Origin: the human T2T-CHM13v2.0 reference genome, Homo sapiens
Length of the DNA stretch: 64,000 nt
Strand: one strand, 5' to 3'
Assembly (NCBI RefSeq): GCF_009914755.1
Contig: NC_060934.1
Positions 44,722 through 61,180 of the stretch are shown here, one piece after another. How positions within the stretch are numbered: the stretch's first letter is position 1; every line of letters begins with the position of its first letter. The notes under the pieces are model-generated. The model worked only from the letters and a program-made list of their open reading frames with translations, ran no database searches and was not told the DNA's origin. Both the position numbers and the translations under genes were made by a program.

Positions 44722-45023
44722 GGTCAGGTGCTATGGCTCACGCCTGTCATCCCAGCCCTTTAGGAGGCTGAGGTGGGTGGATCACTTGAGTCCAGGAGTT
44801 TGAGACCAGCCTGGGCAACATAGTGAGACCCTGTCTCTAGAAAAAAATTAAAAAACTAAGCCGGGTGTGGTGGCACATGCTTGTAGTCCCAGCTACTTGG
44901 GTGGCTAAGGTGGGAGGACCACTTGAGCCCGCAAAGTCGAGGCTGCAGTGAGCTATGTGATTGTGCCACTGTATTCCTGCCTAAGTGACAGAGCAAGATC
45001 CTGTCTCCAAAAAAAAAAAAAAA
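44722..45023 (+). mobile_element. AluJ
   Basis: J-type body and A tail. Confidence 0.9.
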
Positions 45024-45125
45024 GGAGAGAGAGAGAGCAGGCACTTTGGTAGAAATCCATACACAAAATGCAGCCATCAAGCAAAGCACACAGGGAGCTC
45101 CTTGAATCAAGAGGCACATATTCTG

Positions 45126-45451
45126 GGCTGGGTGTGGTGGCTCACACCTGTAATCCCAGCACTTTGGGAGGCCAAGGCCGGGGCCGACAGATCACTTGAG
45201 GTCAGGAGGTCAAGACCAGCCTGGCCAACATGGTGAACCCCACCTTTACTAAAAATACAAAAATTAGCTGGTGGTTATGGTGCATGCCTATAATCCCAGC
45301 TACTCGGGAGACTGAGGCAGGAGAACCACCTGAACCCAGGAGGTGGAATTTGCAGTGAGCCGAGATTTCCCCACTGTACTCCAGCCTGGGCAACAAGCGA
45401 GACTCTGTCTCAAAACAAAAACAAAAAAACAAAAATAAACAACCAAAAAAA
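45126..45451 (+). mobile_element. AluS
   Basis: S-type body and CAAAA tail. Confidence 0.9.
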
Positions 45452-45687
45452 GGAGAGTCAGATATTCCAGAATGGCCACGGGACATGGAACCAGTGCTTG
45501 GTCACACTCAGGGGATTTCACAAGCTCTTTCCCGAGGAGAACTGGAGACACATGTCAACACCCAGTATGAATTCTTTGGGATACAATGACTATAACTGAC
45601 ATACAGTGCATTTTATGTTACCTGGATTCCTGAATATGAATCCAGTTATTCTCAATAAATTTGCATTGTTTCAAAAATCCTCATAAA

Positions 45688-45991
45688 GGCTGGATGTGGT
45701 GGCTCATCCCTGCAATCCCAGCAATTTGGGAGGCCAAGGTGGGAGGATCGCTTGAGTCCACGAGTTTGAGTACAACCTGGACAACATAGTGAAACCCTGT
45801 ATCTAAAAATAAAATTTAAAAATTAGGTGGGTGTGATGGTGCGCACCTTTAGTCCTAGCTACTTAGGAGGCTGAGGCAGAAGAATTACTTGAGCTCAGGA
45901 GTTTGAGGCTGCAGTGAGCTATGACCGTGCCACTGCGCTCCAGCCTGGAAAACAGAATGAGATGCTGTCTCTAAAAAAAACAAACAAAAAA
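45688..45991 (+). mobile_element. AluJ
   Basis: J-type body; degenerate TSD AAA.CCT.ATAAA. Confidence 0.9.
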
Positions 45992-46009
45992 TGAAACCCT
46001 TATAAACAC

Positions 46010-46230
46010 CCTAGCCTTAGGTGCTGCAACAAATAACTACGGTTGATTCAGTAGCTTAATACCCTAGAAGTTTCTCGCTCACAAAATGATCCAATGTAGA
46101 TGTTTGTTGCCAGCAGGGACATTTGCACCACGTGGTGATTTAGGGACCCAGTTCCTTCCGTCTGTGGATCTGTCCTGTCCTAGGGGTTCAAGCTCTCTTC
46201 ATTGAGATGCTGGAAGGGGGAAGCCACGTT
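46010..46230 (-). mobile_element. Old MLT1 LTR fragment
   Basis: 'gctgcaacaaataac..cagtagcttaa', 'tagggacccag..tccttcc'. Confidence 0.5.
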
Positions 46231-46459
46231 TTGTCTGCTGTTGTCATTGAGGCTGACCCCTCACCACTCAGTGTAGCCTCAGAAAAGAAATCTGAGCTAA
46301 TCTGATTAATTTTTCTAAGGCCTGGTTTAATGAAGGTCTTGAACCAATGTGGAAAATGACACTTAGAAGTAAGTCCACTGGGAGATCTCTGGGAAAGGCT
46401 TTCTTTCCCTTAAGGAAGAGTTACAGGGCAGTTGCTCTTTCTTCTTTTCTTTCTCTGAA

Positions 46460-46668
46460 CAATTGTGTCTCTCTCCTGTTCCCTTTAACCATATGATGTG
46501 CCTGTCCCCCCTTCACCTTCCACCATGAGTGGAAGCTTCCTGAGGCCTCACCAGAGGCAGGTGCCAGCAGCATGCTTCTTGTACAGTCGGCAGAACCACG
46601 GGCCAAATAAACCTCTTTATGAATTACCCAGTCTCAGATATTCCTTTATAGCAATGATGATAAACACA
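46460..46668 (+). mobile_element. MST (MSTB-like) MaLR LTR, 3' part
   Basis: 'ccatgagtggaagcttcctgaggcctcaccagaggcag', 'ccaaataaacctcttta', 'aattacccagtctcag'. Confidence 0.85.
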
Positions 46669-47847
46669 GTTTATTATTGAGATTTTTCTATTTGCAATTA
46701 TAAGAAAATACATACTGGAAATGGAGCTGAAATGAGTCAGAGGCTTTTGTCAGTTTTCAAATTATTTACCAGGAATATTTGATACTTGTATGTTTCATGT
46801 AAAAAAAGTAACATGTTTGTTATTTACCACCTCCCAATTGATTGCATGTCCATTGTGCATTGTGGGTTATTTCATTGTCATTTGAAGTAGCTGCTTAAAC
46901 TGAAATAGTTTATTTTGCAACTCACTTGACTGCTAATGTTAAATGTTACTGTGTCTTCTGATCATGAGCATATCCTAGAAGCAGCTATTTGCCTATGAGA
47001 ATTCCAGTGCACACCAAACTGACCCTAATAGGTCTGATTTTGCTGGTGAACTTGAATAGTAGGAAACCCCATTGCTTTTGTTGTCTTTCTTTAAGAAAAT
47101 GACATAAGGTGCACAGTGATTGCGCAGTTTCCCTTAATCCCCAGTAAAAAGTTGGCTTTCAGAATTAATTCAGCATTGATCTATTGCTTTGTGACCCACA
47201 TCAGTCAATTCAATAATAATGGAAAATGCTTTGGGTTCATTAATAGCTATTTGGAGCATTCCCAGGGTAAAAAATACAGTGTCTATTATTATTAATCACA
47301 AAATGACCCTTCTACTGTTTAGAAATTGTACAGAACATTATGATGAAGTTTATTTCAGTTCAGAACTTGATTACAGTTCTGCCCATCTGCAGTAGGAATT
47401 TCCTTGTGGAGCTCCAACCATGCGGTTTTATTGCTTGGGCTTTAGTAGTACTGAGAGCACATTGTTAGAGAAAATGGTCCATTAATCTCAGTGGCAACAG
47501 TTTAGTTTAGCCCATCCCTATAAATCCGTGATACAAGTTTTAACATGATGCAGATGTTACTGTGATTCTAGAGATGAACACTTTCTTTATTCTGTGCTAT
47601 CCCAGTTCATGAGTATATTTTCTCCCTTGGGCAGAAAATTAAAGTGCTCACAAGACTTATTTTTAAAGGCATTTTTTTCTCTTCAGTGTATGGGAATTAA
47701 ATAAATGCCTTTGATTCTGGCTTTGCCATGGATGCTTTTCTTGAGCCGAATATAAGCCTAATTCTGTGTTTTAAGTTCTACCTGATTCTTTTTGCAGTAT
47801 ACTAATGCATTTCCTGAAGAGTAAAATTGAGCAGTGGAGGATGGGAC

Positions 47848-48770
<923 letters not shown>

Positions 48771-48779
48771 AGATGTGCT

Positions 48780-48934
48780 CAGGTGTCACAACTTGGATGC
48801 TGGTGATAGTGTTACTGGGATGTAGTAGGTAGAGGCAGGTTGCTACTAAATGTTCGATAACACGTAAGATAATTCCCACACCAAAAAGTTAACTAGACCA
48901 GAATTTCAATGGTGATGAGGTTGAGAAACCCTGG
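48780..48934 (+). mobile_element. MER20 fragment
   Basis: Ends 'gaggttgagaaaccctg', the MER20 terminus. Confidence 0.65.
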
Positions 48935-49484
48935 GTAACAGTATGATAAATATTTCTAAGCCTAGTCAGTTGGCTAACTTGCACTTTTGTTATGATTACT
49001 TGGATATTACACAAACACAGAACTAACAAGTAGAGATGCGTCTGCTCCCTGATAGAAGTATACAGAACATTAGGACCAGAGTAGCCTTCAAGGTCAGCTA
49101 GCAATGTCTTTCTTTCTCAAGCTCTCTCATTAAAGATAAATTCGTATGTTTTAACGCAAAGCCCTAAAGAAGAAAGAGGGAGAGGTGCAACTCCTCTTGC
49201 TGTTTCAGGCAGTTCCTGGGGCACCTTCCAGAAACCCTGGAATTCTGCTCCACACAGTTTGAAAAATATTTATCTAGTTTCACAGTGCCTTAGTCAACCT
49301 ATAAGAAAATGGAAACTTAGATTAAGTGATTTTCCTAGGATTTCATGTCTGGCTGGTGACAGACCAAGGTCTTCCGATTCCAAGCCCTTCCACAATAGAG
49401 CAGGCAAAAAATTAAACCACTTATTCTTGCTCTTTGTTTTCATTTCGCCAAACTGTATCTGTATGGTCTATTGAAATACACAAT

Positions 49485-50790
<1,306 letters not shown>

Positions 50791-52934
50791 ATATAGAGAT
50801 ATAAAGTTTGTGTTTGTTTAAGGGTGATGATTACTCTCAAATCTTCCAGCAGAGTGCTGCTATCTGCCTTATTATATGATATGAGACCTGTTCTTATTTA
50901 TGAAATGGGAATGCAGTAACAGACCTCTTTCCACCAGGTCTTTCACTGTAAGAGTGATCTACAGAAAGAATTGTAAAATATCTAATATTGAGAAGTGCTC
51001 CAAAGATATTCAATGAGCTGTGAGGCTCTTTGATAAAAATCTTTAAATAAATTTTGCACACCAGTAAGTCTGAATTATAATTATATTGCATTACTGTTCC
51101 CGCCATGAGCACATTTATGACAAAGTTGGGAGCTCCCCAAGCACTTTCTGCATGCTAGGATTCTAGAAAACTGACCCGAGGAAACAGAGGTAAGGGACTC
51201 AACACTCATTAGCTTTTGGAATTTATCAGAAATGTGAGCTTTGAGATTTTATGCCTGCCGCTTTCTACCTTTAGAAACCTAGGAGCTTATGTTCAAACTC
51301 AATTTTTGAACTTTGGAGAATGGGTTTCTAGTCTTGCACTTGAATTGTGTTGTTGAAGACTTTCATGTAAAATATCTGTATTCATTTGTTCAGTGTGGGG
51401 TTTGTTCAAAGCAAGTGATGCCTCCTAACTTTGGGATGATATGCACATCTGGGTTGAGAGAATTCTCTGCACAAGAGAGAGAAAATTTGATGGTGTTACT
51501 TTATGTATGTCCAGAAAGAAATAAAGACCTTACAAAGTTGTGATTTTGATATAAACAGACAAAATTACTGTTTGGGAATCACTTTTTGGAAAACAGTGAC
51601 TGAGATGGGCCTCGGGAGAGGAGTTCCTGCTGCTGAAGTGTGTCCCGGTAACACTCTGTGTCTGTCTTCACTGTCCTAGCCCTGGCTTGTGTTCCCTCCT
51701 GCCTGGGTTCCTGCTGAAGCCCCCGCCTCTCCGCCCATCCTTCCCACTCACCAAGCCAGCAGAGAGATCTGCCAAAAATGCCATCTGATCGCACTGCTCC
51801 CCTACTCCTCTTGGAAACCTTTGAGTGATTCTTCATTCCTTAGAGACCAATGTCCATCTGAGCTTGGTGTCTAGATCTCTCATATTCCACGCCTTCCCCT
51901 TAATTCCCTCTTCACCTCTGAATCCTGAGCCTAATCTACTAATCCCGCTTCCTTTCCTCTGAACGTCTGTTCAAATGGTCTTCTATTCTTTGAATACCAT
52001 CATTTCTGTTTTGTCACCTGTCCGATCCATTTCTTGAATTGCAATTCTCCCCTCCTCCCCAGGAACCTTCTCAGGTCACCTCAACACAACCCAACTTTGT
52101 TAGCTGCCGGACATCTCACCATTTACCTGGCATCTGAGCATTTATTTATGTACCAGATTTTGTTGTACCCTGCAACCTAAAAGAGTAGAACTGTGTCTCA
52201 ATCGTGGGTCATTCCTTCCCCAATACAGAGGCCAAAGTGCATTGTACAGAGGACTCCCTCAACAAATATTAGCTGAATTGTAGAAATGGAACCATTTAGC
52301 TACTAATGATGAAAATTTACCCTGTCTGTAAAGGTTTTGGATATGCTGTCTGTGCCATGCAATTTGAAGCCGTAACCTCTACACCAGACAAGTGAACATG
52401 GATGTGACTGAGCTGTGGAGCTGTTGAAAGGTGATCCTGCTTCTCAGGGGTGAGTGGATTTCCAGTTTAGGTGGCTCAGCTTGTTGCTGAGTAATGGTAA
52501 TGAATGAAGTGCTGATAATGAATGAAGTGCTGATATGACATTCTTCTTGTACTTGGTGGTTTTGATAGATGAATGTTAACATCCAGTGAGCATAACAAAC
52601 TAGAATTGGTTTTCTTTCAAAAGCAATGGCTTGTTTGGAAAACCTTGATCCAGTTGGATATGCAGTGTGGAGTTTCTATAGTCACACTTCATGATGGGCC
52701 CTGAATTTGGATGTAATTTCCATATACTGCTTCATATTGTTGTTCTGATTGAGCATCGCTTTCCATTCACAGAACTCGTTGGTGGCAAATACCTCATGAA
52801 ATTTCCTAGGATTTAATGATTGAGCCTGGTCTGCTTACAGAAAGTATTTTATGGGTGGGATATACGTAGACTGAAGACATTATATTTACTATATTTTAAA
52901 ATATATTTTAGCTTTTGTATTTTTTTCTAGTGAC

Positions 52935-53238
52935 TTTTTATTTATTTATTTATATTTTTGAGAAGGAGTCTTGCTCTGTGACCCAGACTGGGGTGCAGTA
53001 GCATGACCTTGGCTCACTGCAACCTCCACCTCCTGGGTTCAAGTGATTCTCCTGCTTCAGCCTCCAAGTAGCTGGGATTATCATGGAGAATCATGCGCCA
53101 CCACGTCCGGCTAATTTTTGTATGTACTTTTTAGTAGAGATAGGCCAGGCTGGCTTTGAACTCCTGACCTCAGGTGATCCGCTCACCTCGGCCTCCCAAA
53201 GTACTGGGATTACAGGAGTGAGCTACTGTGCCCGGCCC
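52935..53238 (-). mobile_element. AluS with small internal indels
   Basis: Antisense Alu; TGACTTT on both flanks. Confidence 0.9.
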
Positions 53239-56200
53239 GTATTGACTTTAATTTGATACGCTTCGAGTATAAATTTCTTACTGATGTTCATAGCATTATT
53301 TCTCACTGTTCTTCCTAGAGGAGTCAAATGGATTTCCTTGCTGTACAATGAACACTCTGGTATAATTTTGTTCATACTCTTCCTATGTCTGCATGCATTT
53401 TGTTATTCCTAGTGTTGTTTAATTTCTCTTTTGCCTGATCAGTTTTGCCAATAGTTTATTCATTTTGAATTTTTTCCCCTAAGAACCTACTTTTGCTTGT
53501 GTTGTTTCTTTTCATTGATTTTTTGTTGTCTTTTTAATTGATTTCTATATGGATCTTTATTATTTCCTTCAATGTTCTCCAGATTTGTCTGTGGTCTTTT
53601 TTTTTGGTTCTGTTTATTCATACAAAATTTTTATTGTATTATTGAGTTGTAATTTACATAACATAAAGTTCATGATAGTTAAGTATATAATTAAATGAGC
53701 ATTAGCAGATTTATAGAGTTGTGCAATTGTCAGTACAATTTAGCTCTGGAACTTTTCCATTATTCCCAAAATTTCTCTTGAGCCTGTTTTCAGTCTTTGC
53801 TCCCATTCTTCCTCCCACAAGCCCTAAGCAACCACTGATCTACCTTCCGTGTTTAATAAATTTGCCTTTTCTGGACATTGGCTATAAATGGAATAATACA
53901 ATATGTAATTTTGGGGGTCTCGCATGTTTCATTTTGCAAAATGTTTTTGAGGTTCATCCATATTATACCATGTATTGGTATCTTGTTCTTTTTTACTGCT
54001 GACTAATATTCTGTTGTATAGATATACAATATTTTGTATATCTATTCACCGTTGTTTCCAGTCTTTAGCTATTATGACTAACGCTGCTATGAACATTATA
54101 CAAGTCTTTGTGTGATAATATATTTCCATTTCTTTTGGGTATGTTTCTAAGAGTAGAATTGCTGAGTTGTATGGTAATTTTCTATTTCACTTTTTAAGAA
54201 ACTGCCCAGCAGTTTTCCAAAATGTCTATGCTATTTTACATTCTCATCAGCAATGAATGAGGGTTTCAATTTCTCCATATTCTTACCAACACTTGGCATT
54301 GTCTGTCTTTTTGAATATTGTCATTCTAGTAGATGTATAGTGATATTCTCATTGTGGTTTTAAGGTGCATTTCCCTAATGTTTAATGTTGTTGAGCTTCT
54401 TTTCATGTGCTTATTAGTCATTTATATATCTTCTTTGGTAAAATGTCCGTTTTGGCCATTTAAAAAATTGAGTGTTTTGTCTTTTTATTTTGAGTTGAAA
54501 GAGTTCTTTATATATTCTACATGATTTGGCAATACCCATAGTTTGTTGCTTGTCTTTCCAATTACTTAATTGTGTCTTTAGAAGCAAAACATTTTTAACT
54601 TTAATGAAGCCCAATTTAATATTTTTAAAAAATGACTTGTGCTTTCAGTGTTGTATCTAAAAACTCTTTGCCTGATCCCAGATCATAAAGATATTCCCCT
54701 ATATTTTCTTTCAGAAATTTTTATACTTTGAACTCTTAATTGAGGATTCTGGGATCCTATTTGAGTTATTTTGTGTATGTTGTGAGGTAAGAGTCTAAGT
54801 TATTTTCTTTTTTCTATTTTTTTTTGCTTATAGACATCCAGTGGTCTCAGCACTGTCTGTTGAAAGAACTGTCCTTTCTCCACTGAATTATCTTGGCAAT
54901 TTGTCAAGAATCAACTGAATGTAAATATAAATGTTTATTTCTGAATTCTCTGTTGTGTTCTATTGATCCCTGCCTATTTTACACAAACATCAAATCATTA
55001 ATGATTGTAGCTTGATAGTAAGTTTGAAAATTGGGTAGTGTATGTCTTCAAACTTGTTCTTCTTTTTCAAAATTATGTCGATTCTGTAGATCCTTTGCAT
55101 CCTCATCCACATTTTAGGATTAACTTGTTGATTTTCTAAAGACAAGATGATTAGATTTTTAATAGAAATTACATTTACTCTATAGATCAATTTGGGAAGA
55201 ACTGTCAAAAGTTTGACTGTGATGTGATTTCTTTGTGCTTAGTCTGCTGGGGTTTCTTGAGCTTCTTGGATCTGTAGGTTATCTTCTCTTTTTATCAAGT
55301 TTAGAAAATTTTAGGCCATTATTTCTTCAACTATTTTCTGCTTCTTTTTCCTTTTCTTCTGGGAATACCATTACAAGTGTATTGGTACCCTTGATGTTGT
55401 TCCACAGGTCTCTAATGCTTTGATAGCTTTTTTTTTTCAATGTTTTTTCTCTGTTCATCAGATTGGATAACTTTTATTGATCTATATTTACATTTGCTGA
55501 TTTTTTTTTCTGCATTTTGTCTGCCAAATATTCTCCTAATTAATATTTCATACCAGTTATTGTACTTTTAATTTCAGAATTTTCATTTGGTTCTTTTTAA
55601 AAACAATTTTTCTGTATTCAGATTATGTGTTGAGTCATTATTGTCACAGTTTCTTTGAACCTTTAAATATGGTGTTCTCTAATTTTTAAGATATATTTAT
55701 AATAGCTGCTGCGAAGTCTTTGACTACTAAATCCAACATCTGGAAACACTCAGACAGTTTCTGTTAACTGCTTTTTCTTTTTTCTTGAGAAACACTTTCT
55801 TGTTTCTTTCTATGTCTACTAAGTTTTGTTGTTGTTGAATTCTGGATATTTAGATAATATATTGTTTTAACCACAGATTCTGACTTTTCTCCCTGAGGTT
55901 TGTCTGTTGTTTAATTACTTGCCTGGATTAAATCTGAGAAGTTTGTCTCCCCACAATGTGTACATGTTGATGTCTCTGTTCAGTTAACTTTTTATTTTTA
56001 AGCCTTGTTTCCTAGGGTTTGTTTCCGTGTCTGCCTGTCTTGGTATTCAGTCAAAGATTAGTCAGAGGCTGAGCTCAAATGCCTTAGGTCAGTAAGGCTT
56101 CTCTACTTTGTGCTGCTGGATCTACATGTGAGTCAGGGAGCACGTTCAGTCTTGGTCCACTTTCGAGTCCACTCCAGGCCTTATTCTATGCCAGGCCTCT

Positions 56201-57254
56201 TGTATCTCCTCTGAGCATGTGCAGGGCTCCATCATCTAGGAATATATGGGTGGGTTGGACCTCCCCTGGTCTGTGTTGCTCACGCGCAAGGCTTGGGACT
56301 ACTTGGAATATGCAGGAGATCTTATGAGCCCCTCTCTGAGGCTCCTCATCAAATCCCTGAATAGACCACTGGTTAATTATGTGCCTTCGCCATGACTGCA
56401 TCCTTAGGTTAGCGAGCCACTAGCCCTCTCTGCTCACCCGGTTTGGCTATAAGATTTGCAGGTCCTAGCACAAAATGAAAATTGCTAAAAAATCATTGTT
56501 TATGTTAAGTCTGCTGATTTAGAAGCTATAGATTGTATTGCTATTTTTTTATCTAATTAAAAAATACATCCTAAATCATATTTTTTTTGACAAGGCTTAA
56601 AGTTGTTTAGTTTTTCTGCTTCCTAAACATGACATGAATCTTGACATTCTGTTCCGTTAACACCACTTTCTATTTCTCCTTTTTTCATTGCCATCTAGAG
56701 TTTTGTCTTGATGTGTTCTTTTAATACAAAAAGAACTAAATCACTTTTTAATTAAGAAACTCAACTGGATAAATGTTAAAAAACAATAAAAATTAAGTTA
56801 ACCAACATTTGATCATTTACTGTGCTCAAAATAATTTCTTATATCCTTTAAGAGTTCATTGAGTTGAGATCTCAGAAAATCAGTACTTTTGGTTTTCGAA
56901 TGTCTGGAAATATTTGCATTTTATTCTCACCTTTGAGGGATTGTTTGGTATAAAGTTCTCGATTGAGAGTTGCTTTTCCTCCTCTCATTTACATAATTGT
57001 CTTTTGAATCTGTTGTTGATGTCAGTCTAATCATTTTTCCTCTATGGATGATTTGTCTTTTCTCTCTAGTGGATTCTTGGATTTTTTCTTTAGCATTAGT
57101 GTTTACTGTAATATGTCTATGTGTAAGTTTTCTTGACTTTATCCTGTTGAGTAGTTAAAATGCGTTTTTGATTTGAGCATTCATTTCTGAAAAGTTTCCA
57201 GTTATCTCTTTTAATATGTCCATTCCTTCCATTGTCTTTTCCGTAACTCTATTT

Positions 57255-57389
57255 ATTTATTATCACTTTCGTAGAGCTGGGGTCTTCTTGTGTTGCCTAG
57301 GCTTGTCTTGAACTCCTGGCCTCAAGCAATCTTCCTGCCTCAGCCTCCCAAAATGCTGGGATTACAGGCATGAGCCACAGCATTTGGCC
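57255..57389 (-). mobile_element. FLAM Alu monomer
   Basis: Single left arm; TAACTC on both flanks. Confidence 0.85.
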
Positions 57390-57417
57390 ATAACTCACTT
57401 TAGACATATGTTAGAAT

Positions 57418-57632
57418 CACAGTTCTCAGCAGGAAGCAATTTTGCCCCCCAAGGGATATTTGGCAAAGTTCAGAAACATGATTGGTTCTGACAACTTGAG
57501 GATGCTACTGGTTTCTAGTGTGCTGAGGCCAGGGATGCCGTTAAACATTCTACAAAACATAGGACAGTGCCTCATTCCCAAAACACAACAAAGAATTATT
57601 CTTCCCCAAATGCCAACAGCCCCTGGCTGAGG
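57418..57632 (+). mobile_element. MER20
   Basis: 'gttctca..aattttgccccccaagggatatttggcaa', 'gaggccagggatgc', 'acaacaaagaatta'. Confidence 0.8.
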
Positions 57633-58025
57633 ATGTCACTTGAAAACCACTCTCAAATCTTAAACTAATTTTTCATCTTTTTTTAAAAAACTCTGTTTCT
57701 TTGTACTGTACTTTAGGTGACTTCCTCAGCAGTGTTCTCTATTCTCTCATTTAGTTTCTGTTTTCATTTTAACATTTATCCAGTTGAGTTTCTTTCTAAA
57801 ATTTGGTAGATTATATTTGTCATTTCAAGATATTTGGATGATTCTTTATAACTTATTTTGGTTTTTGTTTTTCTTTTGTCTATGTCTCTCACCACCAATA
57901 ATTTCTTGCTTTCTTTTAATAGAAGTTATTCCATTTCTCTCTTTCAGCATCTAAACATACTTACATTAAAGTCTATATTATATAGTTTCATCACTTTGTT
58001 TTTACCTGGAATATATTTGCCTCCT

Positions 58026-60240
58026 TGTCTTAGACCATTCAGGCTGCTGTAACAAATATACCATAGACAAAGTGGCTTATAAACAACAGATATTTATTTC
58101 TCACAGCTCTGGAGGCTGAGAAGTCCAACATCAAGGTGCCAGGGGATTCTGTGTCTGGTGAGAATTGGCCTCCTGGTTCATAGATGGTTGGCTTCTTGCT
58201 ATGTCCTCACATGGCAGGAGGCAGAAGGAAATTATCTGGGGCTTCTTTTATACGGACACTAATCTCATTCATGAGGGTTCCACTCTCATGACCTAATCAC
58301 TTCCCAAAGGCCCCATCTCCTAATATCATTACATTGGAAGTTAGGTTTCAACACACGAATTTTAGGGGCACACGAGCATTCAGTCCATGGCATTTTCTTC
58401 CTGCCCCTCAAAATTCATGTCCTCACATGCAAAATACATTTATTCCAGCCCAACAGTGCCCCCCTCCCCGCCCCAATCTCAACTTGTTCCAGCATCAACT
58501 CAAAAGTTCAAAGTTCAACATCTCATCTGAATATTATCTAAATCAGATATGGGTGCGACTCAGGCTTCAATTCATCCTGAGGCAAATTTCCCCCTAGTCA
58601 TAAGCCTGTGGAATCAAACAAGTTACCTGATTCCAAAACATGATGGTGGGGCAGGCAGAGGGCAGACATTCTCCTTCCAAAATGGAGAGAAAAGAGAAGT
58701 GATAGGTTCTAAGCCAAAACCTACCAGGACAAATTGCATTAGGCCTGAAGCCTTGAGACTGATCTTCTTAGGCCTGATAGTCTGCCTTTCAGGCTCAATG
58801 GGGTGGACGTCCCACCTTCCAGATCCTGTCTTCTGGACACACTGGGGCTATGATCCTGCCCCTACAGCTTTCTTAGGAAGAAGTTGAGCCCCCAGTGCTC
58901 CTGGTTGGTCTGCCCCCTGGATTTGGGAGGCTCTTTCCTAATGGTGACCCCCTGCCTGGACTCCACCACCATGACTCCAAGGGATATTTCTCCTGTCCTC
59001 TGAAATCTAGGTGCAGGCATCCATGGCCCCTGGGCTTGAGCATTCTTTGTTTGCTACCAGAGTTTGCTGACTGTGTCCTCCAGAGGGATGACCATCATGG
59101 CCTGTGCCACACCTGGGTCTACCAGAGCCACAATTGAGGTGGCTGAAGAACTGGGTGCTGGAACATGGGGAATGGAGTCTGTGATGTTAGGTGTGCTGGG
59201 CAGTGTGCACCAATGTCCCACAGGCAATGGAGTCCCCTCCTTTGCATTCATCCATTGTCTTGAACAATAGTACCTGGTTGAGGCTGCTGACTGATCTTAT
59301 CAAATGGTCATGTGGTCACACCCTTAGTGTTTCTTCTGAACACATTTTCTCATTTTTTGCAATATGAGCAGGCTGAGAATTTCCCACACCTCTAAGTTCT
59401 TTTTTTATTTTGATTAACAATTCCCCTTTACACCATTTCTCTCTTTTCTCATCTTACTAGAAGCAGTCAGGAGGAACCAGGCTGTTCCTTCAACATTTTG
59501 CCTAGACTTTCCTAAGCCAAATCTCCAATCTCATCACTCCCATGTTCTAACTTTCACAAAACACTAGGACAAGAACCAATTTAGCCACCTTTTTTGCCAC
59601 TTTATAACAAAGATCTTTCCTCCCACTTCCTTGCCAGGCCTCATCAGAATGGCCCTTAAGTGTCCATATTTCTATCAACATTCTGTTCAGGATTACTCAG
59701 GTATTCTCTGAGAAGATTGAGGCTTTTTCTACAGCTGTCTTATTTTCTTCCTGAGTCCTCATCACAATCACCTGTGGTGAGGCAGGCTTTTTCTAGCATG
59801 AACACCCAAACTCTCTCTGCCTCTATCCATTGCCCAGTTTCAAAGCCACTGGAATATTTTTAGGTACCACTTCCTGGTACCAATTTCTGTTAGTTTGTCT
59901 GGGCTGCTATAACAGAACACCATTACCTGGCAGCTGATAAATGATAAACATTTATTTCCCACAGTTCTGGAGGCTAGGAAGTCCAAGACCAAGGCACCAG
60001 CAGATACAGTGTCCAGTGAGGCCTGCTTCTGACTCTCTAGAGAGAGTGTTTTCTTGCTATAACCTTACATGGTAGAAGGGGTGGGAGATCTCTGAGGTCT
60101 TATAAGGGCGCCATTTCCATTCATGAGGGTTCTGCCTTCATGACCTAATCATCTCCCAAAGACCTCATCTTCAAATACCATCACATTAGCGGTTAGGATT
60201 TTAACATATGAATTTTTGGGAAATGCAAACATTTATAGTA
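58026..60240 (-). mobile_element. Complete MLT1A MaLR provirus: 5'LTR 59888-60240, internal region 58393-59887, 3'LTR 58026-58392
   Basis: Two same-orientation MLT1A LTRs; minus-strand 'gaaattggtaccagg' after the 5'LTR; polypurine tract GAGGGGCAGGAAGAAAA before the 3'LTR; CCTCC at 58020-58024 and 60241-60245. Confidence 0.88.
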
Positions 60241-60834
60241 CCTCCATGTAAAAATTTTATGACTATTCTATTTGTATTAGATTTTTTCCCCCATAGTTTT
60301 TCAAATTTAGATTTTCAGGTTCATTTTAAATGATAAGTTTTACATTTTTTTTTTTAAATTTCTCTCTGTTCTTACTTCACTTTGTCTATGGGTTTTTTAG
60401 TTTTCTCTCCTGAGATTTCTGGGCCCCAGTCCAGACCAGGTTTTATGATGTTATTTTGGGGGTTCCTATCCCAAGTCATAGTAAGGGGAGTACAGATTTT
60501 GTCCCTAGGCCAGCAGATAGCTTACTTAAGTTTTGGACATGAAATTGTGTCTGAGCTTGTCTACTTTTGTAGCTTGTTCAAATCTGTTTTAAAGGGGGCA
60601 TTTGGTACTGTTCCCTTAAATTCCAGCACAAAGCACCATCCCAGCTTCTGATTTCAAGCCTATCCCTGCTTGGCCATGTGACTTAGAGAATGTCTGGCTT
60701 CTTCTGACTCACAGGAACCAAACTCTGGCTACCACCTCCAGCAGGCTTGTGTTTTCCCTCAACTTGCTGTTTCATTTCCTTCTTCTGTGGGTATCTGTCT
60801 TTTGTTTTTGAAACTATTTTTTTTGTTTTAATTT

Positions 60835-61180
<346 letters not shown>

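Larger units (their letters stand above)
53240..58010 (-). mobile_element. Mosaic of ancient L1M fragments (ORF2/3' part about 53625-55205; other L1M pieces to about 58010)
   Basis: Minus-strand ORFs 54414..54614 (MGFIKVKN..) and 54990..55208 (VLPKLIYRVNVISIK) are degenerate L1 ORF2; T-rich plus strand. Confidence 0.75.
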
